From Chitinophagaceae bacterium (GTDB taxonomy: Bacteria; Bacteroidota; Bacteroidia; Chitinophagales; Chitinophagaceae), in assembly GCA_037045515.1 (NCBI GenBank), contig JBAOIC010000023.1, positions 7,093 to 71,092 of the forward strand: a stretch of DNA of 64,000 bases, given 5' to 3'. Position numbers and translations under genes: made by a program. Of this stretch, positions 8,848-16,433 are shown in pieces. The notes below the pieces were generated by a model, which was given only the letters and a program-made list of their open reading frames with translations, was not told the origin of the DNA and did no database searches. The number at the start of each line of letters is the position of its first letter. The first letter of the stretch is position 1.

Positions 8848-9336
8848 GTGTCCCCTCGAGCCCTGCAGAACCTGGTGGGAGGTGCTGCCGTCGATGCCGC
8901 CGACGGCGCCACCATCGACCTGGTCGACCCGTCCACCGGCGAGGTCTTCGCCACCTCGCCGCGCTCGGCGCCGCAGACGTCGATGCCGCCTGCCGGGCGG
9001 CGGCCACCGCCTTCGAGAACGTGGCGCGACACGACGCCGAGCGACCGCCAGCGAGCGCTGCTGAAGCTCGCCGACCTCGTCGAGGAGCACGCCGACGAGC
9101 TGGTCGCGCTCGAGTCGGAGAACACCGGCAAGCCGATCGGCCTCACCGCAGAGGAGGAGGTCCCCCCGATGGTGGACCAGATCCGCTTCTTCGCCGGGGC
9201 CAGCCCGCGTCCTCGAGGGGACCTCGGCCGGCGAGTACATGGCCGGCCACACCTCGTGCGAATCCGCCGGGAGCCGATCGGCGTGTGCGCCCAGGTCACG
9301 CCGTGGAACTACCCGATGATGATGGCGGTCTGGAAG
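8848..9336 (+). pseudogene. aldehyde dehydrogenase family protein, N-terminal third only, several frameshifts
   Basis: GGAGG at 8838-8842 precedes the GTG at 8848. Reads LQNLVGGAAVDAADGATIDLVDPSTGEVFATSPRS / GAADVDAACRAAATAFEN / WRDTTPSDRQRALLKLADLVEEHADELVALESENTGKPIGLTAEEEVPPMVDQIRFFAGA / ARVLEGTSAGEYMAGHTS / IRREPIGVCAQVTPWNYPMMMAVWK. It ends abruptly where IAPALAAGN would be expected. Confidence 0.8.
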
Positions 9337-9380
9337 AGGCGATACGTTTGTTAGCGCTTGAGTTCGTCGTGTAAATCTCC
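9337..9380. other. composition breakpoint / linker of intermediate GC between the high-GC and low-GC blocks
   Basis: AGGCGATACGTTTGTTAGCGCTTGAGTTCGTCGTGTAAATCTCC is about 45-50% GC. It is not a continuation of the ALDH frame and not part of the next ORF. Confidence 0.7.
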
Positions 9381-9806
9381 TTAACTCTGTTTTACTGTAA
9401 GTGCTTTGATGTTCTTTAATGCAATGGTGGTGTGGTACACTATATCCACCTTTTTGCTGTACTTCTGCATCTTGGTATTAAAAGCATTGTAAACACGAAG
9501 TGTTTCAAGGCTGATAACGGCATTATAAAACTTGCTTACTGCATCGCTGTAAGCTGGAAAATCTATTGCGTAGCAATGGTTTTTCAAAGTGCTTGTACCC
9601 TTTGTATTTTGCTTTGTAAGCCATTTGGAGAGGTCGGAATAATCAGCCAACAATATTTGAAGCTGTTGCACCAACTCGGCTTCTGTGGTGGGTTCTTTGC
9701 TGCCTACCTTTTTTATTTTCTCGTTGATGGCTTTTGTGCCTTTGGCATCAAAAGTCCAGGGCATAAGTTCTTTGAACAAAATGCTATTCAATATTTTTAT
9801 TTCCAT
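9381..9806 (-). CDS. hypothetical protein (integrase-adjacent)
   Basis: Intact 141-aa ORF with low-GC codon usage. Its start overlaps the stop of the integrase gene. No family recognised. Confidence 0.6.
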   Translation of the reverse strand: MEIKILNSILFKELMPWTFDAKGTKAINEKIKKVGSKEPTTEAELVQQLQILLADYSDLSKWLTKQNTKGTSTLKNHCYAIDFPAYSDAVSKFYNAVISLETLRVYNAFNTKMQKYSKKVDIVYHTTIALKNIKALTVKQS

Positions 9807-10912
9807 TATAAGCCAATATTTATTTTGTTAGCTGCTACTGTTTTCTTTTCATCAATTACATTAGCATAAATCTGTGTTGTTTTTAAATGCCTGTGTCCAA
9901 GCAACTTTGATACTGTGAAAATATCAGTACCTAAAGTAAGCTGCAACGTGGCGTATGTGTGCCTTGCACAGTGGAAAGTGATGTGCTTTTCAATACCTGC
10001 CTTTATCATCCATCTGTACAAATCAGCATTGCGACTATCGGAGTAAATCAAATCAGGAAATACCGGGTCGGCTGGCTTTCCTTTTTCTCCTAATAAATTA
10101 TAGGCTTCATCAGATATGGGCAATGTTTCAGATCCTTTTGTTTTTTGCTGTACGAAACGGATGTAATGCCCTAACTCTGTTGATTGTTGCATTTCACTCC
10201 ATTTCAATTTCTGAATATCGCTAAAACGTAAGCCTGTAAGACAAGCAAAAATAAAAGCCCTTTTCATCAACTCGTTTTTACATTCGGTTTTGGCTAAGGT
10301 CTTTAATTCATCAAGGGTTAAAAACTCTCTTACTGGTTCGCCTTGTGGCAAGCCTTCTACCATTTCGGCAGGGTTGGTTTTTAGTATGCCATCCCTCACA
10401 GCTTGTTTGAGTGCTGCTCTGAACTTATTGAAGTAACTGTATTTGGTATTGGTTGAAATTGCCTTTTTGGTTTTGGTACTGGCTTCTTTCAACAGGTAAT
10501 CCCTGAAGCCATCAACAAAGGCTTTATTGATTTGGTTAAATTGTATATCTCTTGGGCAATACTTTTTCAAGTGCTTTATGGTACTATCCCAATTGCCATA
10601 ATTCCCTTTGCTGTCTTTTCTCTTTTCAGCCAATGCCTCCATATACATAATGAAGTACGTTTTTAGCTTCTCCTTATCGTGGAAATCATAAGTGCTGTTT
10701 TGTATCTCCAAATGCCTTTTACTGCGGATGGTTTCAGCCAATGCCAATATCTTTTTATTTTCTTCTTTTACTGCATTGGTGAGCTTCCCTTTTTCGGGGT
10801 CGGGTGTTAGGTACAAATTCAAATACTCATATTGGCGTTTGCCGTTGGAGTAGTACTCTAAATAAAGGCTTATTTTATCGCCTTTGAGCCGTTGTCTTAA
10901 TGTTACTTTCAT
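9806..10912 (-). CDS. tyrosine-type site-specific integrase (Bacteroidota phage-integrase family with N-terminal arm-binding and SAM-like domains)
   Basis: Reads MKVTLRQRLKGDKISLYLEYYSNGKRQYEYLNLYL... The catalytic signature is LTGLRFSDI...HCARHTYAT...LGHRHLKTTQIYANV (R..HxxR..H..Y). I prefer the internal ATG at 10912 to the ORF-track start at 10939. Confidence 0.9.
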   Translation of the reverse strand: MKVTLRQRLKGDKISLYLEYYSNGKRQYEYLNLYLTPDPEKGKLTNAVKEENKKILALAETIRSKRHLEIQNSTYDFHDKEKLKTYFIMYMEALAEKRKDSKGNYGNWDSTIKHLKKYCPRDIQFNQINKAFVDGFRDYLLKEASTKTKKAISTNTKYSYFNKFRAALKQAVRDGILKTNPAEMVEGLPQGEPVREFLTLDELKTLAKTECKNELMKRAFIFACLTGLRFSDIQKLKWSEMQQSTELGHYIRFVQQKTKGSETLPISDEAYNLLGEKGKPADPVFPDLIYSDSRNADLYRWMIKAGIEKHITFHCARHTYATLQLTLGTDIFTVSKLLGHRHLKTTQIYANVIDEKKTVAANKINIGL

Positions 10913-10919
10913 TTTCTTA

Positions 10920-11318
10920 TCAGTTAAATAAATTATCAATTGAAGCCCTTTTGATGATGGTACGACTGCCCAGCTTTGCCACCGGCAAACGATTACTTTT
11001 TATCATCCGTTGAATGGTCCATCTGCTTGCACCCAAAAGGGTAGCAACTTCCAGTATGCTTAAAAATTCTTTCTCTCTTAAATTAGTGTGATTACCTGCT
11101 ATCGGGTTGGATAGGGTTTCAGTAGCAACTACTGGAGAAGCGGAAACAATTTTGCTTTGTTGGTTCTTAAATTCTGCGTTTACTTTTTCTTCTCGTTTGG
11201 TTTTCTTGTAGGCTGCACTGTTGCACTTATGGCCACAATACTTCGTTGTGGTCTTTTGGGCTATGAAAGCCTTACCACAATGATTACAGAATTTAGGAAG
11301 TTTAATTGTACTACTCAT
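10920..11318 (-). CDS. DNA-binding protein: N-terminal C4 zinc ribbon plus C-terminal excisionase/MerR-type helix-turn-helix
   Basis: CNHCGKAFIAQKTTTKYCGHKC at the N-terminus. The C-terminus FLSILEVATLLGASRWTIQRMIKSNRLPVAKLGSRTIIKRASIDNL resembles excisionase-family HTH. It lies directly upstream of the integrase. Confidence 0.7.
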   Translation of the reverse strand: MSSTIKLPKFCNHCGKAFIAQKTTTKYCGHKCNSAAYKKTKREEKVNAEFKNQQSKIVSASPVVATETLSNPIAGNHTNLREKEFLSILEVATLLGASRWTIQRMIKSNRLPVAKLGSRTIIKRASIDNLFN

Positions 11319-11320
11319 TT

Positions 11321-11470
11321 GTTGCTACTTGTTGCAGTATGTTGCTGGGTGGTGCTACTTGGTGCATTATTTCGCCTGACTTCCATCAAACTGATATGTG
11401 GGCAACAAAATAGCCAATTGGGCAACAACTGGGCAACAAATATAAGTAAAAAAGTAGAGTTGGGCAACAA
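11321..11470. repeat. phased pentamer / decamer motif array in the upstream region of the HTH-integrase operon
   Basis: GTTGC at 11321, 11331 and 11341 and GGTGC at 11351 and 11361 show exact 10-bp phasing. Four direct copies of TGGGCAACAA follow at 11399, 11419, 11430 and 11461 in the opposite motif orientation. Confidence 0.65.
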
Positions 11471-11536
11471 AAAAGAGAAAGAAAAGTGTACTGAAACTCA
11501 ACAAAAACAGGCACTTAACAAACAAAAGAAAGTAAA

Positions 11537-12913
11537 TTACTTTCCGATACAAAACTTACTAAATATAAAATCTAACTGATCTTCATTCGTAATCTCACCT
11601 GTAATTTCTCCTAAATAATACAATGCCTGACGGATGTCTAATGCCAACAAATCGCTTTGAATGTTTTGGTTTAATCCTTCATGTACATCTTCAATTGCAT
11701 TGAACAATTTTTGCAATGCATCAAAATGCCTTGCATTGGTAACAATGGTAGCTTCAGTATTAATTTGTCCATCAATGGCTTTATTAACCAATTCAGTTTT
11801 AAGATGAGTTATGTTTTGCTGTCCTTTAGCTGAAATAAATAGCGTGTTGCTAAATTTTTCAAATTTTCGAATCGCATTTTGCTCAATATCAACTTTATTG
11901 CCCACCAATAAATAGTTGAATTGTTGTTGCTCAAAATCGTTTACAACTTCTTGTAATGCAGCCTCATCTATTTCGTTTACATCAAATAAATATAAAATCA
12001 GATTTGCTACCCTCATTTTTTCGTAACTCTTCTCAACACCAATACTTTCAATGGTATCGCTTGTATGCGTTCTAATTCCTGCTGTATCAATTAGCCTAAA
12101 TAAAACGCCATCTATGTTTAATACTTCTTCAATTGTATCTCTTGTTGTTCCTGCAATTTCACTAACAATTGCTCTGTTTTCGTTCAATAAAGTATTTAGC
12201 AAAGTACTTTTTCCTGCATTGGGCTTTCCAATAATAGCTACTTGAACTCCATTTTTAATAACATTTCCCAATTTAAATGATTGTAAAAGCATTTGAGTGG
12301 TAGTGTATAAATGATGAATTAAATTGTTCAATTGAGTTCTATCGGCAAATTCAACATCTTCCTGACTGAAGTCTAATTCCAACTCAATTAATGCAGAAAA
12401 TTTTATTAACTCTTCTCTCAATGCTGAAAGCGTATTGGAGAAACCGCCTCTAATATTTTTTAATGCTGTATTTCTGCTAGCTTCTGTATTGCTAGCAATT
12501 AAATCGGCAACGGCTTCTGCTTGTGTTAAATCTAATTTACCATTTAAAAAAGCTCTTTGTGTAAACTCCCCAGCTTTAGCAATTCTACAGCCGTTTTGTA
12601 CAATTGCTTGAATAATTTTTTCTTGAATAAAAGCCGATCCATGACAACTAATTTCAACTACATCTTCCCCAGTGTAAGATTTTGGATTTTTATATAAGCC
12701 AACAACCACTTCATCTAATACTTCACCATTATTTTTCAATAATCCTACGTGTAAAGTATGCGTAGCTTGAATGAGTAAATTTTTAGATGGAAACATGAGG
12801 TTTACAATTTCAATGGCTTTATTACCACTTAAACGTATAACACCAATTGCTCCTAAGCCTTGTGGAGTAGCTAAAGCAACAATTGTATCGTTCCAACCCA
12901 TTTGTTTTGCCAT
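11537..12913 (-). CDS. mnmE: tRNA uridine-5-carboxymethylaminomethyl modification GTPase MnmE (TrmE)
   Basis: 458 aa. DTIVALATPQGLGAIGVIRLSG, G-domain GKPNAGKSTLLN...DTAG...NKVD, C-terminal FCIGK. Confidence 0.95.
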   Translation of the reverse strand: MAKQMGWNDTIVALATPQGLGAIGVIRLSGNKAIEIVNLMFPSKNLLIQATHTLHVGLLKNNGEVLDEVVVGLYKNPKSYTGEDVVEISCHGSAFIQEKIIQAIVQNGCRIAKAGEFTQRAFLNGKLDLTQAEAVADLIASNTEASRNTALKNIRGGFSNTLSALREELIKFSALIELELDFSQEDVEFADRTQLNNLIHHLYTTTQMLLQSFKLGNVIKNGVQVAIIGKPNAGKSTLLNTLLNENRAIVSEIAGTTRDTIEEVLNIDGVLFRLIDTAGIRTHTSDTIESIGVEKSYEKMRVANLILYLFDVNEIDEAALQEVVNDFEQQQFNYLLVGNKVDIEQNAIRKFEKFSNTLFISAKGQQNITHLKTELVNKAIDGQINTEATIVTNARHFDALQKLFNAIEDVHEGLNQNIQSDLLALDIRQALYYLGEITGEITNEDQLDFIFSKFCIGK

Positions 12914-12950
12914 GTAAAAAATTTAATTGCGAATGTAAAGTTTGTTGCAT

Positions 12951-12986
12951 AAAAAATGTCCTGCAAAATTGCAGGACATTTTTTTA
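12951..12986. terminator. bidirectional rho-independent terminator
   Basis: A6-ATGTCCTGC-AAAATT-GCAGGACAT-T7, between the tonB stop and the mnmE start. Confidence 0.75.
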
Positions 12987-13003
12987 TAGTTTCAATTAAA
13001 TGA

Positions 13004-13840
13004 TTAATCTTCAGAAACTTGGAATGTAATACTTTGTCTGTGACGGTAAATTACATTTCTACCATTTTGAACAGCTGGTTTCCAACCACCACCTTTTTTC
13101 AAAACACGCATTGCTTCTTCTTTTGTTCCATAACCTGGGTCATTTTCAGCATTAATTTCACTGATATTACCACTTTTGTCAACTATAAAAGAAAGAACAA
13201 CAGTATATCTTCCGGCAGGTGCACCATTATCAACTGGCACATTGCTATTTAAGTTACGCTCTAAGTATCTGCTCCAAGCTGCAAATCCACCAGGATATTC
13301 AGCAGGAATTTGTACTACGGTAAATACTTTGTTGTAATCTTCTTCTTGCTTAGGAGCTTCAACTTTACCAGTACCAGTAGCTTCAACAACTGGGGCAACA
13401 ATGCCTTCGTCTTTAATACCTTCCTGCTTTTTTGTACCAATAACCACGTCCTCTAATTTTTCAATCTCAGGTGGTTTTTCGTCTTCCTTTACTTCCTCAT
13501 CTTTTACAATTTTAGGAGGGGTAAATTTAGCCATTTCCACTTTTGGAGGTTCTTGTTTTGGAGGTGGTGGCGGAGGTGGTGGTTCTGGTCTTTTTTCTTC
13601 TGGTTGCTTAATGTTTTCTAAAGAAACATCTTGTACCAAAACTGGACCAGCTTTTTTCTTTGCAGAATTGGCCAGTAAAGAGCCAACAAACAATAATAGT
13701 ACTGCTGCAAAAGTGGCAACTAAAGCGTATGTGATACGCTTGTTATAGGATTTACGAAGTTCGTAAGCTCCATATTCTTTATTCCTTCCATCGAATAGAA
13801 TATCAAGAATGTCTGCGGATAAAATTTTATTTATTTCCAT
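13004..13840 (-). CDS. tonB: energy transducer TonB
   Basis: N-terminal TM, Pro/Glu/Lys-rich spacer (EKRPEPPPPPPPPKQEPPK), and a C-terminal TonB domain (YPGGFAAWSRYLERNL...). Start taken at MEINKIL (13840). Confidence 0.85.
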   Translation of the reverse strand: MEINKILSADILDILFDGRNKEYGAYELRKSYNKRITYALVATFAAVLLLFVGSLLANSAKKKAGPVLVQDVSLENIKQPEEKRPEPPPPPPPPKQEPPKVEMAKFTPPKIVKDEEVKEDEKPPEIEKLEDVVIGTKKQEGIKDEGIVAPVVEATGTGKVEAPKQEEDYNKVFTVVQIPAEYPGGFAAWSRYLERNLNSNVPVDNGAPAGRYTVVLSFIVDKSGNISEINAENDPGYGTKEEAMRVLKKGGGWKPAVQNGRNVIYRHRQSITFQVSED

Positions 13841-13906
13841 AATTCGTTGTTTTTTATTAAGATGCAATACGAGAAAAAATTGCATAAAATAATTTCAAAA
13901 AAAAAA

Positions 13907-14467
13907 TTATTTTCCGCCGCCTGCTGCTTCAGTTACTTTAATTAAATCAACTTCTACTTGAGAAATATCTACCAATGCATATACTTTAATAACATTAATA
14001 GTCATTTCATCTAAAATATCAATTACATTTTTGTAACTACATTCGTCGCTGGGTTTAATTACTACAACTAAATCTTTTTCGTTGGTACTTGCTTTCTTAC
14101 GAAGAATAACATTTCTAATTCCATCTTCACCAGTTCCAAAGTTTGCCGATTTAAAGTTGGCTGTAGCATTCTCGGTATTTAAAATACCTTCATAATAAAA
14201 TATATTGCCATCTTTTGCTAATAAAATAGTTAAAGCCCCACTTTCTTTGGCCTTATTTTGTTCCTCTGGTTTATCAGTATCTTTTGGTAAAAATAACTTC
14301 ATTGCCGTTGGCTGACTCATCGTAGTGGTAAAGATGAAGAATGTTATTAGTAGGAAGCCTAAGTCTACCATGGGGGTTAAATCAACCCTTGTAGAAGCTT
14401 TTTTGGCTTTCTTAACGCCTTTACCTTTTTTGTGGCCACCGCCACCTGAGGTATCCATTTCTGCCAT
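13907..14467 (-). CDS. exbD: biopolymer transporter ExbD/TolR
   Basis: 186 aa. RVDLTPMVDLGFLLITFFIF TM motif, within an operon with exbB. Confidence 0.85.
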   Translation of the reverse strand: MAEMDTSGGGGHKKGKGVKKAKKASTRVDLTPMVDLGFLLITFFIFTTTMSQPTAMKLFLPKDTDKPEEQNKAKESGALTILLAKDGNIFYYEGILNTENATANFKSANFGTGEDGIRNVILRKKASTNEKDLVVVIKPSDECSYKNVIDILDEMTINVIKVYALVDISQVEVDLIKVTEAAGGGK

Positions 14468-14512
14468 CGCTTACAATTTTAATTTCTTAATAAATTTAAT
14501 TTGCAAATTCGC

Positions 14513-15154
14513 TTACTTCTTTTCTGGAGTTGGCGGATTTTTATACAATTCGGTTCCAACTGGTACACTTTCTGGGTTGGTTACCAATTGAAACTTTAAA
14601 AAATCGTTCTTTTTAAATGCACTCATCACATTCTTAAAAGAAGGATATTTAGAATCGTTATCACCTTTTACCAACAAGTTTACAACTTGTCCCTTATAAG
14701 AATCTCTTACTATGGTCATCCATTGAATCATTTCGTTGTTGGTACTGTCTTTACAAGGAATTCCAGGCAAATTTGCACCTTTGCGTTGATCTTCAGGAAG
14801 TGCTAAAAATTGATTGAGTTGTGCAAAAGAAGCACCAAAGAACTGAGCCTTTTTAAATGCGTTAACATTTAAACCCAATCCTTTTGTGTTGTTCAATGTA
14901 TTTGCAATAAACTCTTTTTTTTGTTCATCATCCATCGATAAAAACACTTTTCCATCTTTATCTATTGTAATTAACACAATATCTTTTTCTGGAGCAACTT
15001 TTGACGATACCGAACTTGGTGGGGTTACAGTAATTGCTTCTGCAGGTTTAAATTTTGTGGTTAAGATAAAGAACGACAGAAGCAAAAATGCCACATCGCA
15101 CATTGCCGTCATGTCTATAACAGTGCTCTTTCGAGGTATCTTAGGTCTAGCCAT
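14513..15154 (-). CDS. exbD: biopolymer transporter ExbD/TolR (second copy)
   Basis: 213 aa. VIDMTAMCDVAFLLLSFFILT motif. Confidence 0.85.
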   Translation of the reverse strand: MARPKIPRKSTVIDMTAMCDVAFLLLSFFILTTKFKPAEAITVTPPSSVSSKVAPEKDIVLITIDKDGKVFLSMDDEQKKEFIANTLNNTKGLGLNVNAFKKAQFFGASFAQLNQFLALPEDQRKGANLPGIPCKDSTNNEMIQWMTIVRDSYKGQVVNLLVKGDNDSKYPSFKNVMSAFKKNDFLKFQLVTNPESVPVGTELYKNPPTPEKK

Positions 15155-15214
15155 TGTAGTGCTGTTTTATTAATTTCACAAATAAGATTCAAAGTCTTTG
15201 ATTTTCCACAAGTA

Positions 15215-16078
15215 TTACTTGTATAAAGATGCAAAGCTTTGAGTTAAAGTGAAACCAGACTCATCAATACCAAATGTAATTGAATCGATTTTTGTTGTAA
15301 ATACGTTGTACATAATAATGGCAACTGCAGAAGTACCAATACCTAAAGCCGTATTAAATAAGGCTTCAGAAATACCTTTTGATAATTCACGAGCAGCTTC
15401 TCCTCCACCTTCATCACCTAAGGCTGAGAAAGATTTAATCATACCCAATACAGTACCAAATAATCCTAATAAAGTTGCTACCGATGCTAATGTAGATAAG
15501 AAAACCAAGTTCTTCTCTAACATAGGCAATTCTAATGCAGTTGCTTCTTCAATAGATTTTTGAATGCTCAATACTTTTTGTTCTGTATCAAGTTCTGTAT
15601 TACCAATCATATCCTTGTAAGTACGTAAACCAGATTTCATTACATTACCTACACTTCCTTTTTGTCTGTCGCACTCAGATATTGCTTTTTCAACATCTTT
15701 ATTTGCTAAATGAAATTGCACTTTACGTACAAACTCACCAACATTACCAGAACCAGAAGCTCTAGAAACAGTTAAAAAACGTTCAATAACAAAAGTTACA
15801 ACAATAAAAAAACATCCAATAAGTACAGGTACAACAATACCACCTTCGTACATTTTTGCAAAACCAGTATTGGGTTTTAAACCTTTGTGGCTAGGCCAGA
15901 ACCAACTAGTTGTGTCGGGTTTTTCGAAATTTGAAGCAGCTCCGAATACATATCTCCAAATAACATAGCCTAATACGATACAAGCTATTGGTGCAATCCA
16001 AGAAATGGCATTGCTGCTCTTTTTTGCGTGAGCGGTTGAAGTAGTTGCTTTTACAGCGGTCGGTTTAACGTCAGCCAT
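15215..16078 (-). CDS. exbB: MotA/TolQ/ExbB proton-channel family protein
   Basis: 287 aa. C-terminal LGLFGTVLGMIKSF...ISEALFNTALGI motif. Confidence 0.9.
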   Translation of the reverse strand: MADVKPTAVKATTSTAHAKKSSNAISWIAPIACIVLGYVIWRYVFGAASNFEKPDTTSWFWPSHKGLKPNTGFAKMYEGGIVVPVLIGCFFIVVTFVIERFLTVSRASGSGNVGEFVRKVQFHLANKDVEKAISECDRQKGSVGNVMKSGLRTYKDMIGNTELDTEQKVLSIQKSIEEATALELPMLEKNLVFLSTLASVATLLGLFGTVLGMIKSFSALGDEGGGEAARELSKGISEALFNTALGIGTSAVAIIMYNVFTTKIDSITFGIDESGFTLTQSFASLYK

Positions 16079-16433
16079 GATTCAATTGATTTTTGGTTTT
16101 AAAAAATTCAGTTGTTTACGTAAAAAAATTATTGCACAATTCTACATAAAAAAGTTTTGAAAAAGCAAAAGATATTTTAATTATGAAAAAAAAGTTTTCA
16201 AATTAAATTTTTATTTGTTTTCAACAACTCGCTGTGAAAGAAAAATGTACAAGCAATTTTAGAAATTTGAGAGCGTAAGATAATGGCATTTATAATTTAT
16301 TCGCCGATTTTTTTAAAATAATTTAGTAACACTCAACAAAGTTTTACCGTTGGTGTAATTAAGAATATTATTTTATTATTAAAAATAAAGCAGCCCCTAT
16401 CTTTATTTATCTAAAAACAAATTTTTTACGCTT

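Noticed and set aside
8553-9380. The two filler segments (8553-8575 and 9337-9380) as recognisable sequencing adapters or vector fragments, or as att-like copies of the GCAACAA motif near the integrase.
   Set aside because: - I could find only 6-7-nt resemblances (TTGTT-type cores), which are expected by chance in 64 kb.
- A database screen is needed before any claim.
13401-13748. Antisense ORF with a poly-Gly run opposite tonB.
   Set aside because: It is a mirror image of the TonB Pro-rich spacer (CCN codons read as GGN on the other strand).
16079-16433. Divergent promoters in the 355-bp AT-rich spacer between exbB and the metalloprotease gene.
   Set aside because: Promoters almost certainly exist here, but I could not identify a convincing Bacteroidota -33/-7 (TTTG / TAnnTTTG) pair by eye, so none is reported.
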